This document shows positions 55,332 to 63,517 of a DNA stretch of 64,000 nucleotides, piece by piece. Position numbers and translations under genes: made by a program. Origin of the DNA: Candidatus Omnitrophota bacterium (GTDB lineage Bacteria > Omnitrophota > Gorgyraeia > Zapsychrales > Fredricksoniimonadaceae); assembly GCA_015233675.1 (NCBI GenBank), contig JADFXH010000006.1, positions 1,285 through 65,284 on the forward strand, read 5' to 3'. How positions within the stretch are numbered: position 1 is the stretch's first letter; each line of letters opens with the position of its first letter. The notes under the pieces are model-generated. The model was not told the DNA's origin. It worked only from the letters and a program-made list of their open reading frames with translations, and did no database searches.

Positions 55332-55783
55332 AGGATTTTTTAAGTAAAATTATTGCCACTGTTGGTGGTATCGGGTATTTACCTTTGGCGCCGGGCACTT
55401 GGGCCACGGCGGCAGGGGTGGCGATTGCGTATTTTTTAGGTGATAATTTGCCGGTGTTTAGCATTCTTTTGCTGGTTTTATTGATCTTGGGGATTATGGC
55501 ATCGGGCGTGGTTGAAAAGCTATTGGGTCAAAGAGACCCTGGAATCGTGGTCATTGATGAAGTGGTAGGAGTGATGATCGCTTTGTGGGGATTACCTTTG
55601 ATATGGTCGGTCATGATTTGCGGATTTTTCTTGTTTCGGGCATTTGATATGTTTAAAATATACCCTGTAAATAAGTTAGAAGCCCAAAGCGGTGGCTGGG
55701 GAATTATGCTTGATGATTGCATGGCGGGGGTGTATACTAATATTATCTTGCGCATTGCACTGCGATGCGCAGGTTTTTTTTAA
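55328..55783 (+). CDS. pgpA: Phosphatidylglycerophosphatase A
   Basis: GIGYLPLAPGTWATAAG, VVIDEVVG, FRAFDMFKIYP. Confidence 0.85.
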   Translation: MKDFLSKIIATVGGIGYLPLAPGTWATAAGVAIAYFLGDNLPVFSILLLVLLILGIMASGVVEKLLGQRDPGIVVIDEVVGVMIALWGLPLIWSVMICGFFLFRAFDMFKIYPVNKLEAQSGGWGIMLDDCMAGVYTNIILRIALRCAGFF

Positions 55784-55806
55784 GCTAAAATCTTAAATAA
55801 GTATTT

Positions 55807-55896
55807 GTTTAGCGTTCAGAGAGACTCGACGAAGTCATCCTGAGCCCGAAGGGCGAAGGATCTTAAGAATGACAAAATCTTATCTACGCGCTAAAC
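55807..55896. mobile_element. MITE-like repeat, internally deleted copy (GTTTAGCG...CGCTAAAC termini)
   Basis: Both termini are present. The 35-nt core gtcatcctgagcccgaagggcgaaggatcttaaga (55834..55868) is identical to the reverse complement of 25131..25165. About 30 nt of the second arm is missing. Confidence 0.55.
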
Positions 55897-55922
55897 TATC
55901 CTAGAAGGAGAGGGAAGTAAAA

Positions 55923-56669
55923 ATGGAAAGCAGCAATCCGACATTGAATGAGAGAACGTTTGGCGCGGCCCGTGTGGGTATTGGTGAGCCGGCGATGACT
56001 GTGCAGGGTACGGTCAATAAAACTTTAATACTGCTGGCTGTTTTGGTGGCTACAGCCATGTGGACTTGGTCCAAGACGTCCCAACCGGGCAGTGCAGGAT
56101 TTGTTAGCATTACTTTTATTGGTTCTATGATTGCCGGTTTTATATTGGCCATTGCTACTTCTTTTAAACCGAAATGGTCGCCGGTTACAGCTCCTTTTTA
56201 CGCGGCTTGCGAAGGCTTACTTCTGGGCATTCTATCCGCGTATTTTGAAATGCGTTATCCCGGCATTGTCATACAGGCTGTAGGACTGACTTTTGCCGTG
56301 ACTTTTGCCATGCTCATGGGCTATAAGGCCGGTTGGCTGCGAGCCACACCGGGGCTTCGTCGCGGTCTCATGATCGCCATGGGTGGGATAATGCTGTTTT
56401 ATGCGGTCGTATGGATCGCTTCCATGTTTGGTATTCATCCTCCGGGATTTATCAATGGCGGTGGTCCGCTGGGAATTTTGTTTAGTTTATTTGTGGTTGG
56501 CATAGCTTCCATGTCCCTGGTGCTGGATTTTGACTTGATTGAATCAGCTTCCCGCGAGGGTCTGGAAAAATATATGGAATGGTACGGCGCTTTTGCCTTG
56601 ATGGTGACCCTGATCTGGCTTTATATGGAGATCCTGCGCCTCTTATCTAAACTCAGCCGCCGCAATTAA
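55923..56669 (+). CDS. Bax-inhibitor-1-like (BaxI_1/YccA-related) membrane protein
   Basis: MESSNPTLNERTF N-terminus and seven hydrophobic segments, consistent with the 'Bax inhibitor 1 like' family. Confidence 0.6.
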   Translation: MESSNPTLNERTFGAARVGIGEPAMTVQGTVNKTLILLAVLVATAMWTWSKTSQPGSAGFVSITFIGSMIAGFILAIATSFKPKWSPVTAPFYAACEGLLLGILSAYFEMRYPGIVIQAVGLTFAVTFAMLMGYKAGWLRATPGLRRGLMIAMGGIMLFYAVVWIASMFGIHPPGFINGGGPLGILFSLFVVGIASMSLVLDFDLIESASREGLEKYMEWYGAFALMVTLIWLYMEILRLLSKLSRRN

Positions 56670-56692
56670 TAATTCTCTGTTTGCCTATTTTG

Positions 56693-56719
56693 CCCCGTTA
56701 GCAATAACGGGGCTTTTTT
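56693..56719 (+). terminator. Rho-independent terminator
   Basis: gccccgtt gcaat aacggggc followed by tttttt. Confidence 0.8.
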
Positions 56720-56750
56720 ATTTACTGGGCTAATTTAATTTACGCAACTT

Positions 56751-56919
56751 CGATGGACAGCAATTGTATATTCGGAACGGGATATTTTCGCCGTCTGCTT
56801 CGGTTTACAACAAAAATGTTCTAAAGTTTCTCTTCATTTGGAACACTTTTGTCGTAAATCCTCGCAGACATTTGGCGAAAAATCCCTGAATGTTCCGAAT
56901 ATACAATTGCTGTCCATCG
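56751..56919. repeat. 169-bp long palindrome with perfect 28-bp termini
   Basis: cgatggacagcaattgtatattcggaac (56751..56778) is the exact reverse complement of 56892..56919. The inner arms are roughly 80% complementary with small indels. The central 19-nt loop is 56822..56840. Confidence 0.7.
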
Positions 56920-56988
56920 TTGACGCATGGACATATAATCTTTATTAATAATTCTATTTATGTGTCTAATGAATAAAAAAGAACGGAT

Positions 56989-57672
56989 TTATGCTTTGGG
57001 CTGGAATTTCTTCTTGTTGAACTCGTAGGCGGCGTCGATGATGATGAGAAAAAGGGCGGCCGTCACCAGGTTCCAGGAGGCGTCATTGAGGGCTTTGTGT
57101 TCAATAAGGATGCGTGTTTTTATGTGGAAAATTACCAAAAGAATAAAGATCCAGAATACAGGTTTGTGTTCTTTGCTGTTGATGAGCCTTTGCAAATTAA
57201 AAGGCCATTTTTCTCCTTTGTTATAAGGCACGAGGCAAGGGACCATGGCAGGAACTTTTTTACAATAATCACTGTAAGCATTTGCAAACTTCGCCAACAG
57301 CATGTCTTGCTCATCTTTTATGGTACGGTAATACACAAAACATAACGCCAATAAAAACATGCCGCCTATGGTCCATTCTAACCAGCGGGGGTCACTTTTT
57401 AACACAATAACAAAACCTGTTGCGATGAGGAAGGTGCCAAGATAGAGCGGGTTACGCACAAAGGCATAAGGCCCTGAGCTGGTTAATTTATCATTCTTAA
57501 TGGCATAGCCGTTAGACCACAGTCGGATGAGTGCACCCGCGATAATAAAGCCGATGCCTGCTCTGATGGAAGCTTCGTCCAGCGAACAGAAAAACATGAC
57601 GAAAAGACCAAATGGATAAATGACGGCAAAGCGCGGTTTAAAACTACGTTGTAGGCGTTGAGCAATATTCAT
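56989..57672 (-). CDS. ICMT/PEMT-family membrane methyltransferase
   Basis: Polytopic membrane protein with GPYAFVRNPLYLGTFLIATG, typical of the isoprenylcysteine carboxyl / phospholipid methyltransferase family. Confidence 0.65.
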   Translation of the reverse strand: MNIAQRLQRSFKPRFAVIYPFGLFVMFFCSLDEASIRAGIGFIIAGALIRLWSNGYAIKNDKLTSSGPYAFVRNPLYLGTFLIATGFVIVLKSDPRWLEWTIGGMFLLALCFVYYRTIKDEQDMLLAKFANAYSDYCKKVPAMVPCLVPYNKGEKWPFNLQRLINSKEHKPVFWIFILLVIFHIKTRILIEHKALNDASWNLVTAALFLIIIDAAYEFNKKKFQPKA

Positions 57673-57697
57673 AAGGGATTATTATACCTGATGTAAT

Positions 57698-58156
57698 TCA
57701 CTTGGCCAGCATTTTTAGAGCTGTTTGGCAAGCTTGATTTTTAACAGCAAGGCGGGTGCCTTTAAAGAGAAATTCTTTAACAGAGGTTTTTTGTTTGGTG
57801 CTGACTGCAATAAAAACTAATCCTACGGGTTTGGTTTTACTGCCGCCACCCGGGCCGGCAATGCCGGTTACGCTCAGGCCATAATCGGTTTTAAGCAACT
57901 TACGAACACCTTGGGCCATGGCAGAAGCTACCGGTTTGCTGACAGCTCCATGTGTTTCAAAGAGGGAAGAAGGAACTCCAAGTAATTTTGTTTTAGCTGC
58001 ATTATCATAAGCAATTATTCCCAATAAAAAAAAAGCTGATGCGCCTGCAATATTAGTCAAGCGGTCCCCTATAAGGCCGCCAGTGCAGGATTCCGCTATG
58101 GCTAATGTTTGGGCCCTTTGGGTAAATTTTTTAAATACTTTTTGTTCAATACGCAT
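57698..58156 (-). CDS. pncC: CinA C-terminal domain protein / nicotinamide-nucleotide amidohydrolase PncC
   Basis: LAIAESCTGGLIGDRLTNIAGAS, SVTGIAGPGGG...KPVGLVFIA. Confidence 0.8.
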   Translation of the reverse strand: MRIEQKVFKKFTQRAQTLAIAESCTGGLIGDRLTNIAGASAFFLLGIIAYDNAAKTKLLGVPSSLFETHGAVSKPVASAMAQGVRKLLKTDYGLSVTGIAGPGGGSKTKPVGLVFIAVSTKQKTSVKEFLFKGTRLAVKNQACQTALKMLAK

Positions 58157-58171
58157 ATTATTAACAATGAA

Positions 58172-58315
58172 GCGGGGCCTGGCTCGGCCTCGATGTTCAG
58201 TTGCTCCTAATTCGAGGGCATCCCTATCAGCGTCCAGAAGGGTGGTTGCCCTTAATCGCCCTATTGGGCAGTCACCGTGCGCCCCTGAACATCAATTCCG
58301 AGCCACCCGCCGCAA
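58172..58315 (+). ncRNA. Candidate structured RNA of unknown family
   Basis: GC-rich island in a divergent spacer. Nested pairings are 58172..58176/58306..58310, 58181..58187/58298..58304 and 58192..58200/58285..58293 (9 bp perfect). An internal 11-bp helix, 58241..58251/58266..58276, has two G.U pairs that are only compatible with the + strand. Confidence 0.4.
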
Positions 58316-58381
58316 TGATACGAACATTTCTTTATGAACATGAAAGGTTGTCAAAAATCATTATAGAGACGGGGAATTCGA

Positions 58382-58410
58382 TTGACAAGGCCTATTTTCT
58401 GGCATATACT
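58382..58410 (+). promoter_or_regulatory. sigma70-type promoter of the riboflavin operon
   Basis: TTGACA (58382..58387), 17-nt spacer, TATACT (58405..58410), about 60 nt upstream of ATG 58470. Confidence 0.55.
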
Positions 58411-58469
58411 TTCCGGTACTTAGCAAGGCAAAAAAAGTTTAATTGTTGATGGGACTGAATGAGGAGACA

Positions 58470-59675
58470 AAGATGTTTAATTCTATTTCAGAAATTTTAC
58501 AAGATCTAAAAGCCGGACGCATGGTTATTGTGATGGACGATGAAGGCCGTGAGAATGAAGGGGATGTTCTCATTGCCGCTCAGTTTATCAACCCGGACGC
58601 CATTAACTTTATGGCCAGGGAAGCCCGGGGGCTTATTTGTGTGCCCATGGAAGATAATCGCCTGAATGACCTTGACCTGCATCCGATGAAAGATGATTTG
58701 AATTCCAAGCATCAGCGTTGTAATACTGCATGGACAGTGTCTGTTGATGCGGCTTATGGTGTCACCACCGGTATTTCAGCCGCGGACCGCTCGAAAACAG
58801 TCAATGTCCTGATCGATCCTAAATCAACGCCCGGCGATTTAGTCACACCCGGCCACTTATTCCCTTTGCGAGCCCGTCGGGGAGGGGTGCTGGTACGTGC
58901 CGGGCATACCGAGGCTTCCGTTGATTTAATGCGTTTGGCTGAACTTTATCCGGCCGGTGTTATTTGTGAGATCATGAATGATGACGGCACCATGGCCCGT
59001 ACTCAGGATTTGATCAAATTTTCCCAAAAGCATAAATTAAAAATTTGCACCATTGATAGTTTAATCGAATATCGGCGCAAGACTGAAAAATTAATCCAGC
59101 GCGTTGAAGAAGCGATACTGCCTACTGAATATGGCGAATTCAGGATGGTGGCTTATGAGTCTTTGGTTGACAGTGTTATCCATATTGCCATGGTCAAAGG
59201 GGACATAAGTGACGCAAAGCCGGTTTTGGTGCGTGCCCAGTCAGAATGTTTGACAGGAGACATCTTTGGGTCATTGCGCTGTGACTGTAATGGTCAGCTA
59301 AAAGCGGCCATGAAGATTATTAATGATACGGGAAAAGGTATTGTCCTTTACATTCGCCAGCATGAAGGCCGCGGTATTGGTTTGGTCAATAAGCTCAAAG
59401 CTTATAATTTGCAGGATGAAGGCATGGATACAGTTGAAGCTAACCATGCGCTGGGTTTTGCCGCGGATTTGCGTGATTATGGCATTGGCGCGCAGATTTT
59501 GGTGGATTTGGGGGTCAAGGAGATCCGTTTATTGACCAATAATCCCCGTAAAATTGTAGGTCTTGAGGGGTATGGCCTTTCAGTCATTGAGCGGGTAGCC
59601 ATCAAAATTCCGCATAATTCTACCAATGAACATTATTTAAAGACTAAAAAAGATAAATTAGGCCACATTCTTTAA
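58470..59675 (+). CDS. ribBA: Bifunctional 3,4-dihydroxy-2-butanone-4-phosphate synthase / GTP cyclohydrolase II
   Basis: [24 protein letters not shown] (RibB) and [23 protein letters not shown] (RibA). ATG 58470 lies behind gaggag; ORF-track start is 58443. Confidence 0.9.
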   Translation, partial: KMFNSISEILQDLKAGRMVIVMDDEGRENEGDVLIAAQFINPDAINFMAREARGLICVPMEDNRLNDLDLHPMKDDLNSKHQRCNTAWTVSVDAAYGVTTGISAADRSKTVNVLIDPKSTPGDLVTPGHLFPLRARRGGVLVRAGHTEASVDLMRLAELYPAGVICEIMNDDGTMARTQDLIKFSQKHKLKICTIDSLIEYRRKTEKLIQRVEEAILPTEYGEFRMVAYESLVDSVIHIAMVKGDISDAKPVLVRAQSECLTGDIFGSLRCDCNGQLKAAMKIINDTGKGIVLYIRQHEGRGIGLVNKLKAYNLQDEGMDTVEANHALGFAADLRDYGIGAQILVDLGVKEIRLLTNNPRKIVGLEGYGLSVIERVAIKIPHNSTNEHYLKTKKDKLGHIL

Positions 59676-59693
59676 TAGTTCGACAGGATCACC

Positions 59694-60167
59694 ATGTGCC
59701 CTATGGCCACTGTTAAAAAAAGCATAAAAAAGCACAAGCCCCGCATTGCTATTGTTGCCGCAAGTTTTAATAAGTTCATCACAAAGGGATTGCTAAACGC
59801 CTGTTTGCTCGAATTACGGCGTCAGGGTTTGGGGGATGATCAGATTACTGCTGTCTGGGTGCCTGGTTCGTTTGAAGTCCCGCTTACGGCCTTGAAGCTT
59901 GCCGAAAGAAAAGATATCGATGCTGTCATTTGTTTAGGCGCAGTCATACGGGGAGAAACCTATCATTTTGAAGTGGTGTCTAATGAATGTGCCCGTGGTA
60001 TCATGCAAGCTGCCCTTATTACAGGAAAACCGGTGATTATGGGGGTATTGACAACGGACACGGTCAAGCAGGCCCAGGCACGTTCCAATGGGAAAAGCAG
60101 TAATAATAAAGGCCGTGATTCTGCCCGCGTTGCTTTGGAGATGATCGCTCTTTTAAATAAAATATGA
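59694..60167 (+). CDS. ribH: 6,7-dimethyl-8-ribityllumazine synthase
   Basis: [37 protein letters not shown]. Confidence 0.9.
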   Translation: MCPMATVKKSIKKHKPRIAIVAASFNKFITKGLLNACLLELRRQGLGDDQITAVWVPGSFEVPLTALKLAERKDIDAVICLGAVIRGETYHFEVVSNECARGIMQAALITGKPVIMGVLTTDTVKQAQARSNGKSSNNKGRDSARVALEMIALLNKI

Positions 60168-60586
60168 GACGTCGCACACTCGCTCGCGAACACGCTTTAA
60201 AGATTTTATACCAGTTTGACATTACCAAGCGTCCGATGGAAGCTGTGGTAGATTCTTATTGGGAAGCCGAAGAGACCAAAGACCAGGAGATCATCTCCTA
60301 TGCCAATCTGCTGGCCACCGGCATCAACGGCCATATCCAGGATATTGACCGTAAAATTTCTGATTATGCCACCAACTGGCAAATCAAACGGATGGCCATC
60401 ATAGACCGCAATGTCATGCGCATTGGCCTTTATGAATTACAGCACACCGCGGATATCCCTCCGAAAGTAGCTATTAACGAGGCGGTGGAATTAGCGAAAA
60501 AATACGGCGATTTGGAATCCAGTAAATTTGTCAACGGCATCCTTGACAAGATCCACAAGAAAGAAATAGTCGAGCCGCAAAATTAA
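60164..60586 (+). CDS. nusB: Transcription antitermination factor NusB
   Basis: [17 protein letters not shown], ...[25 protein letters not shown]...FVNGILD. Confidence 0.85.
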   Translation: MRRRTLAREHALKILYQFDITKRPMEAVVDSYWEAEETKDQEIISYANLLATGINGHIQDIDRKISDYATNWQIKRMAIIDRNVMRIGLYELQHTADIPPKVAINEAVELAKKYGDLESSKFVNGILDKIHKKEIVEPQN

Positions 60587-60588
60587 TC

Positions 60589-61410
60589 ATGAACGGCCTC
60601 GCAGATCTGCACATACATACTAATTTTTCCGATAGCTCTTTGTCTTCTCAGGAAGTCGTTGACCAAGCGCTCAAGGCAGGGCTTTCCTGTATCTCCATTA
60701 CCGATCATGATATTGTTCAAGGCATTGAGCCGGCCATTGAGGCGGCCGGGCCCCACGCCTTTGAAGTTGTCCCTGGCATTGAATTATCGTCGGAATATGA
60801 AAATTGTGATATCCATATCCTGGGCTATTTTATTGATTATCAAAAAGGGCCGCTAGTTGAAAAGATCGATGTTTTTTTAGACGCGCGTATGGAGCGCATG
60901 AAACGGATGATAATGAACCTCAAGGGTGTCGGGATTAATAATATTGAATTTGAAGAAGTTTGCGCGTTGACTCGGTCCAGGGCAGTAGGGCGCTCGCATT
61001 TGGCAATATTACTGGAACAAAAAGGCTGGGTCTCAAACATCAAGTCAGCTTTTGAAAAATATTTAGGCCCCGGTTGTCCTGGTTATGCCCCCAAATATAA
61101 GCAGACACCTTTTGAAGCCATTGAGCTGATTCGAAGTTCAGGCGGTGTGGCGGTGATGGCGCATCCGATGCTGACTCAAAAAGACGAATTGATCCCTCCT
61201 TTTGTTGCCGCCGGCTTAAAAGGTTTGGAAGTATATTATCCGAATTGTACGAGTACCGTTACTAAATTTTATGAACGCATTGCTCAAAAAAACGGCCTAA
61301 TAGCCACCGGCGGTTCAGATTTTCACGGCAAAACACAAACTTATAACTATGTCGGGAAAAAAACCGTGCCGATAGAAGTGGTTGAACAGCTACGTCAAGC
61401 CCGAGCTTGA
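60589..61410 (+). CDS. PHP-domain metal-dependent phosphoesterase (TrpH/YciV-like)
   Basis: ADLHIHTNFSDSSLS, ISITDHD, MAHP, GGSDFHG. Embedded between nusB and ribD with gaps of 2 and 12 nt. Confidence 0.75.
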   Translation: MNGLADLHIHTNFSDSSLSSQEVVDQALKAGLSCISITDHDIVQGIEPAIEAAGPHAFEVVPGIELSSEYENCDIHILGYFIDYQKGPLVEKIDVFLDARMERMKRMIMNLKGVGINNIEFEEVCALTRSRAVGRSHLAILLEQKGWVSNIKSAFEKYLGPGCPGYAPKYKQTPFEAIELIRSSGGVAVMAHPMLTQKDELIPPFVAAGLKGLEVYYPNCTSTVTKFYERIAQKNGLIATGGSDFHGKTQTYNYVGKKTVPIEVVEQLRQARA

Positions 61411-61422
61411 AAGTTATTCTAA

Positions 61423-62496
61423 ATGAACAACGACCTTGATTTTATGAACCGCGCCTGGGAGCAGGCCTTGCAAGGCTGGGGCAGGACATCGCCTAATCCT
61501 ATGGTGGGGGCCGTTTTAGTCAAGTCCGGCAAGATTGTCGCTCAAGGGTATCATCATTATTGCGGGACTGATCATGCTGAGGTCGATGCTATAAAAAAGG
61601 CAGGCGCTAAATCTCGTGGAGCGACTCTTTATGTGACCCTTGAACCTTGTGGTCATTTGGGGCGAACACCAGCATGCACTCAAGCTATTGTGAAGGCCGG
61701 GATTAAAAAGGTAATTGTTGGCGCCATAGATCCAAACAGACTGAATAATGGCAAGTCTTTGAAGTTTTTAAAACGGCATGGTGTAGAAGTTGAACAAGGC
61801 CTGCTGGCTGATGAGTTAACGCGTTTAAATGAAGCATTTAACTTTTGGATTACCACAGGCCTGCCTTTTGTGACCGCTAAAACTGCCCAAACGATCGACG
61901 GGAAGATTGCCGCTTTGGATGGCTCTTCCAAATGGATCACTTCGACACATGCGCGTGATTACGCGCATCGTTTAAGATTCGGTTTTGACGCTATTATGGT
62001 CGGCATCAATACGGTCCTTAAAGATGATCCCCAATTAAAGACCCTTCCGGCCAAACGCATTAAAAAAGTTATTTTGGATACTCATGGCAAAACACCTCCA
62101 GACGCCAGATTATTTGAGGGGGTTATCCCCGAAGACGTTTTTGTGTTTACACACAAGCCAATAGTAAAAAAAATAAAGGCCCGGATGATCAAAGCGCCTC
62201 TTTATAACGGTAAAATTGATTTAAAATGGGTTTTAAAATTCTTGGGTGAAAGCAAGACCACGAGCGTACTTATTGAAGGGGGCGCCGCCGTTGTGGGAGA
62301 GGCTTTACAACGAAATCTGGTCAATAAAATGATGATCTATATGGCACCTAAAATTATGGGCGAGGGATTACAGAGTGTGCGTGGGCTTAAATCCAAAACT
62401 TTGAACGAAATGGTCTATCTTAAGGATATGATTTTTGATAAGATAAACGAAGATATTTTAATCCAAGGGTATCCACATGTTTACCGGCATCATTGA
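61423..62496 (+). CDS. ribD: Bifunctional riboflavin biosynthesis deaminase/reductase
   Basis: TSPNPMVGAVLV, HAEVDAI, TLEPCGHLGRTPAC (CMP/dCMP deaminase Zn site), followed by a C-terminal reductase domain. Confidence 0.9.
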   Translation: MNNDLDFMNRAWEQALQGWGRTSPNPMVGAVLVKSGKIVAQGYHHYCGTDHAEVDAIKKAGAKSRGATLYVTLEPCGHLGRTPACTQAIVKAGIKKVIVGAIDPNRLNNGKSLKFLKRHGVEVEQGLLADELTRLNEAFNFWITTGLPFVTAKTAQTIDGKIAALDGSSKWITSTHARDYAHRLRFGFDAIMVGINTVLKDDPQLKTLPAKRIKKVILDTHGKTPPDARLFEGVIPEDVFVFTHKPIVKKIKARMIKAPLYNGKIDLKWVLKFLGESKTTSVLIEGGAAVVGEALQRNLVNKMMIYMAPKIMGEGLQSVRGLKSKTLNEMVYLKDMIFDKINEDILIQGYPHVYRHH

Positions 62497-63055
62497 ACAA
62501 ATCGGCACAATCAAGAGAATTGATTCCAAAAAGAATTTATTGGTCTTTGGCATTGATCTGGGGCCGTTAGCTAAAAATATTCGAGTGGGTAATAGTGTCT
62601 CTGTCAGCGGCGTTTGCCTGACTGTTACTTCTAAAAAAGCAACGGTGGCAACTTTCGACTTGATGAAAGAAACCATTGAAAGAACTTCCTTGCGGTCTTT
62701 AGGTGTTGGGGGTCATGTGAATTTGGAGCTGGCGTTAAAGGTAGGCGGCCGTTTGGGCGGACACTTTGTGACCGGGCATGTGGATGAGGTGGCGGTTATC
62801 AAGCATATTGTCCATGAAAAGAACTGGGTGGCCTTTCGCCTCGGAATGACACAAGAGAACCGCAAATATTTTGCGCCTAAAGCTTCAGTAACTGTTGACG
62901 GCATAAGCCTCACCATCGGTAAGACAGGTAAAGATTATTTTGAAGTGTATTTGATCCCCCATACCCTTAAAGTCACGACTTTAGGGGGCAAAAAGACAGG
63001 GGATTGTGTCAATATCGAAACAGATATTCTAGCAAAATATCTTTTTAATTTATAA
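62477..63055 (+). CDS. ribE: Riboflavin synthase
   Basis: MFTGIIEQIGTI, GNSVSVSGVCLTV, a second lumazine-binding repeat SVTVDGISLTI, and IPHTL. Confidence 0.9.
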   Translation: MFTGIIEQIGTIKRIDSKKNLLVFGIDLGPLAKNIRVGNSVSVSGVCLTVTSKKATVATFDLMKETIERTSLRSLGVGGHVNLELALKVGGRLGGHFVTGHVDEVAVIKHIVHEKNWVAFRLGMTQENRKYFAPKASVTVDGISLTIGKTGKDYFEVYLIPHTLKVTTLGGKKTGDCVNIETDILAKYLFNL

Positions 63056-63071
63056 AAGTTGAGGAGTCCCT

Positions 63072-63506
63072 ATGCGATTAGAAATTGCCGACATTCAGAA
63101 AATTATTCCGCATCGTTTCCCTTTTTTGATGATTGACCGGGTCTTGGAGTGCCGGCCTAATGAAAAGCTGGTTGCTGTCAAGAATGTGTCTGTCAATGAG
63201 CATTATTTCCGGGGACATTTTCCCGACGAAAAGGTGATGCCCGGTGTTTTGATCATTGAAGCTATGGCGCAGGCCGGCTGTGTTTATTTTTATTACAGCA
63301 AGAATTTGCAGGGCAAAGATTTTATTTATTATCTGGCCAAGACTGAGGCCCGTTTTCATCATCCGGTCATCCCCGGTGACCAGCTGATCATTGAAGCTTC
63401 TAGTGTTAAGTTATTGCCCAAAGCCGGCTTTATCAAATGCCAAGCCCATGTCGGTGAGAAACTGGTAGCTGAGGCGCAAATTGGCTTTGGGATTAAAGAA
63501 ATTTAG
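63072..63506 (+). CDS. fabZ: 3-hydroxyacyl-ACP dehydratase FabZ
   Basis: IIPHRFPFLMIDRV, HFPDEKVMPGVLIIEAMAQ. Confidence 0.9.
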   Translation: MRLEIADIQKIIPHRFPFLMIDRVLECRPNEKLVAVKNVSVNEHYFRGHFPDEKVMPGVLIIEAMAQAGCVYFYYSKNLQGKDFIYYLAKTEARFHHPVIPGDQLIIEASSVKLLPKAGFIKCQAHVGEKLVAEAQIGFGIKEI

Positions 63507-63517
63507 GGGCCTTGCTG

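Noticed and set aside
58157-58442. Expected FMN (RFN) riboswitch upstream of ribBA, plus ORFs 58083..58337 and 58201..58449
   Set aside because: None of the conserved RFN sequence blocks were found on either strand by eye. The two ORFs overlap pncC or the promoter, have no RBS and have Arg/Ser/Pro-rich low-complexity translations. The region is treated instead as an unclassified structured-RNA candidate.
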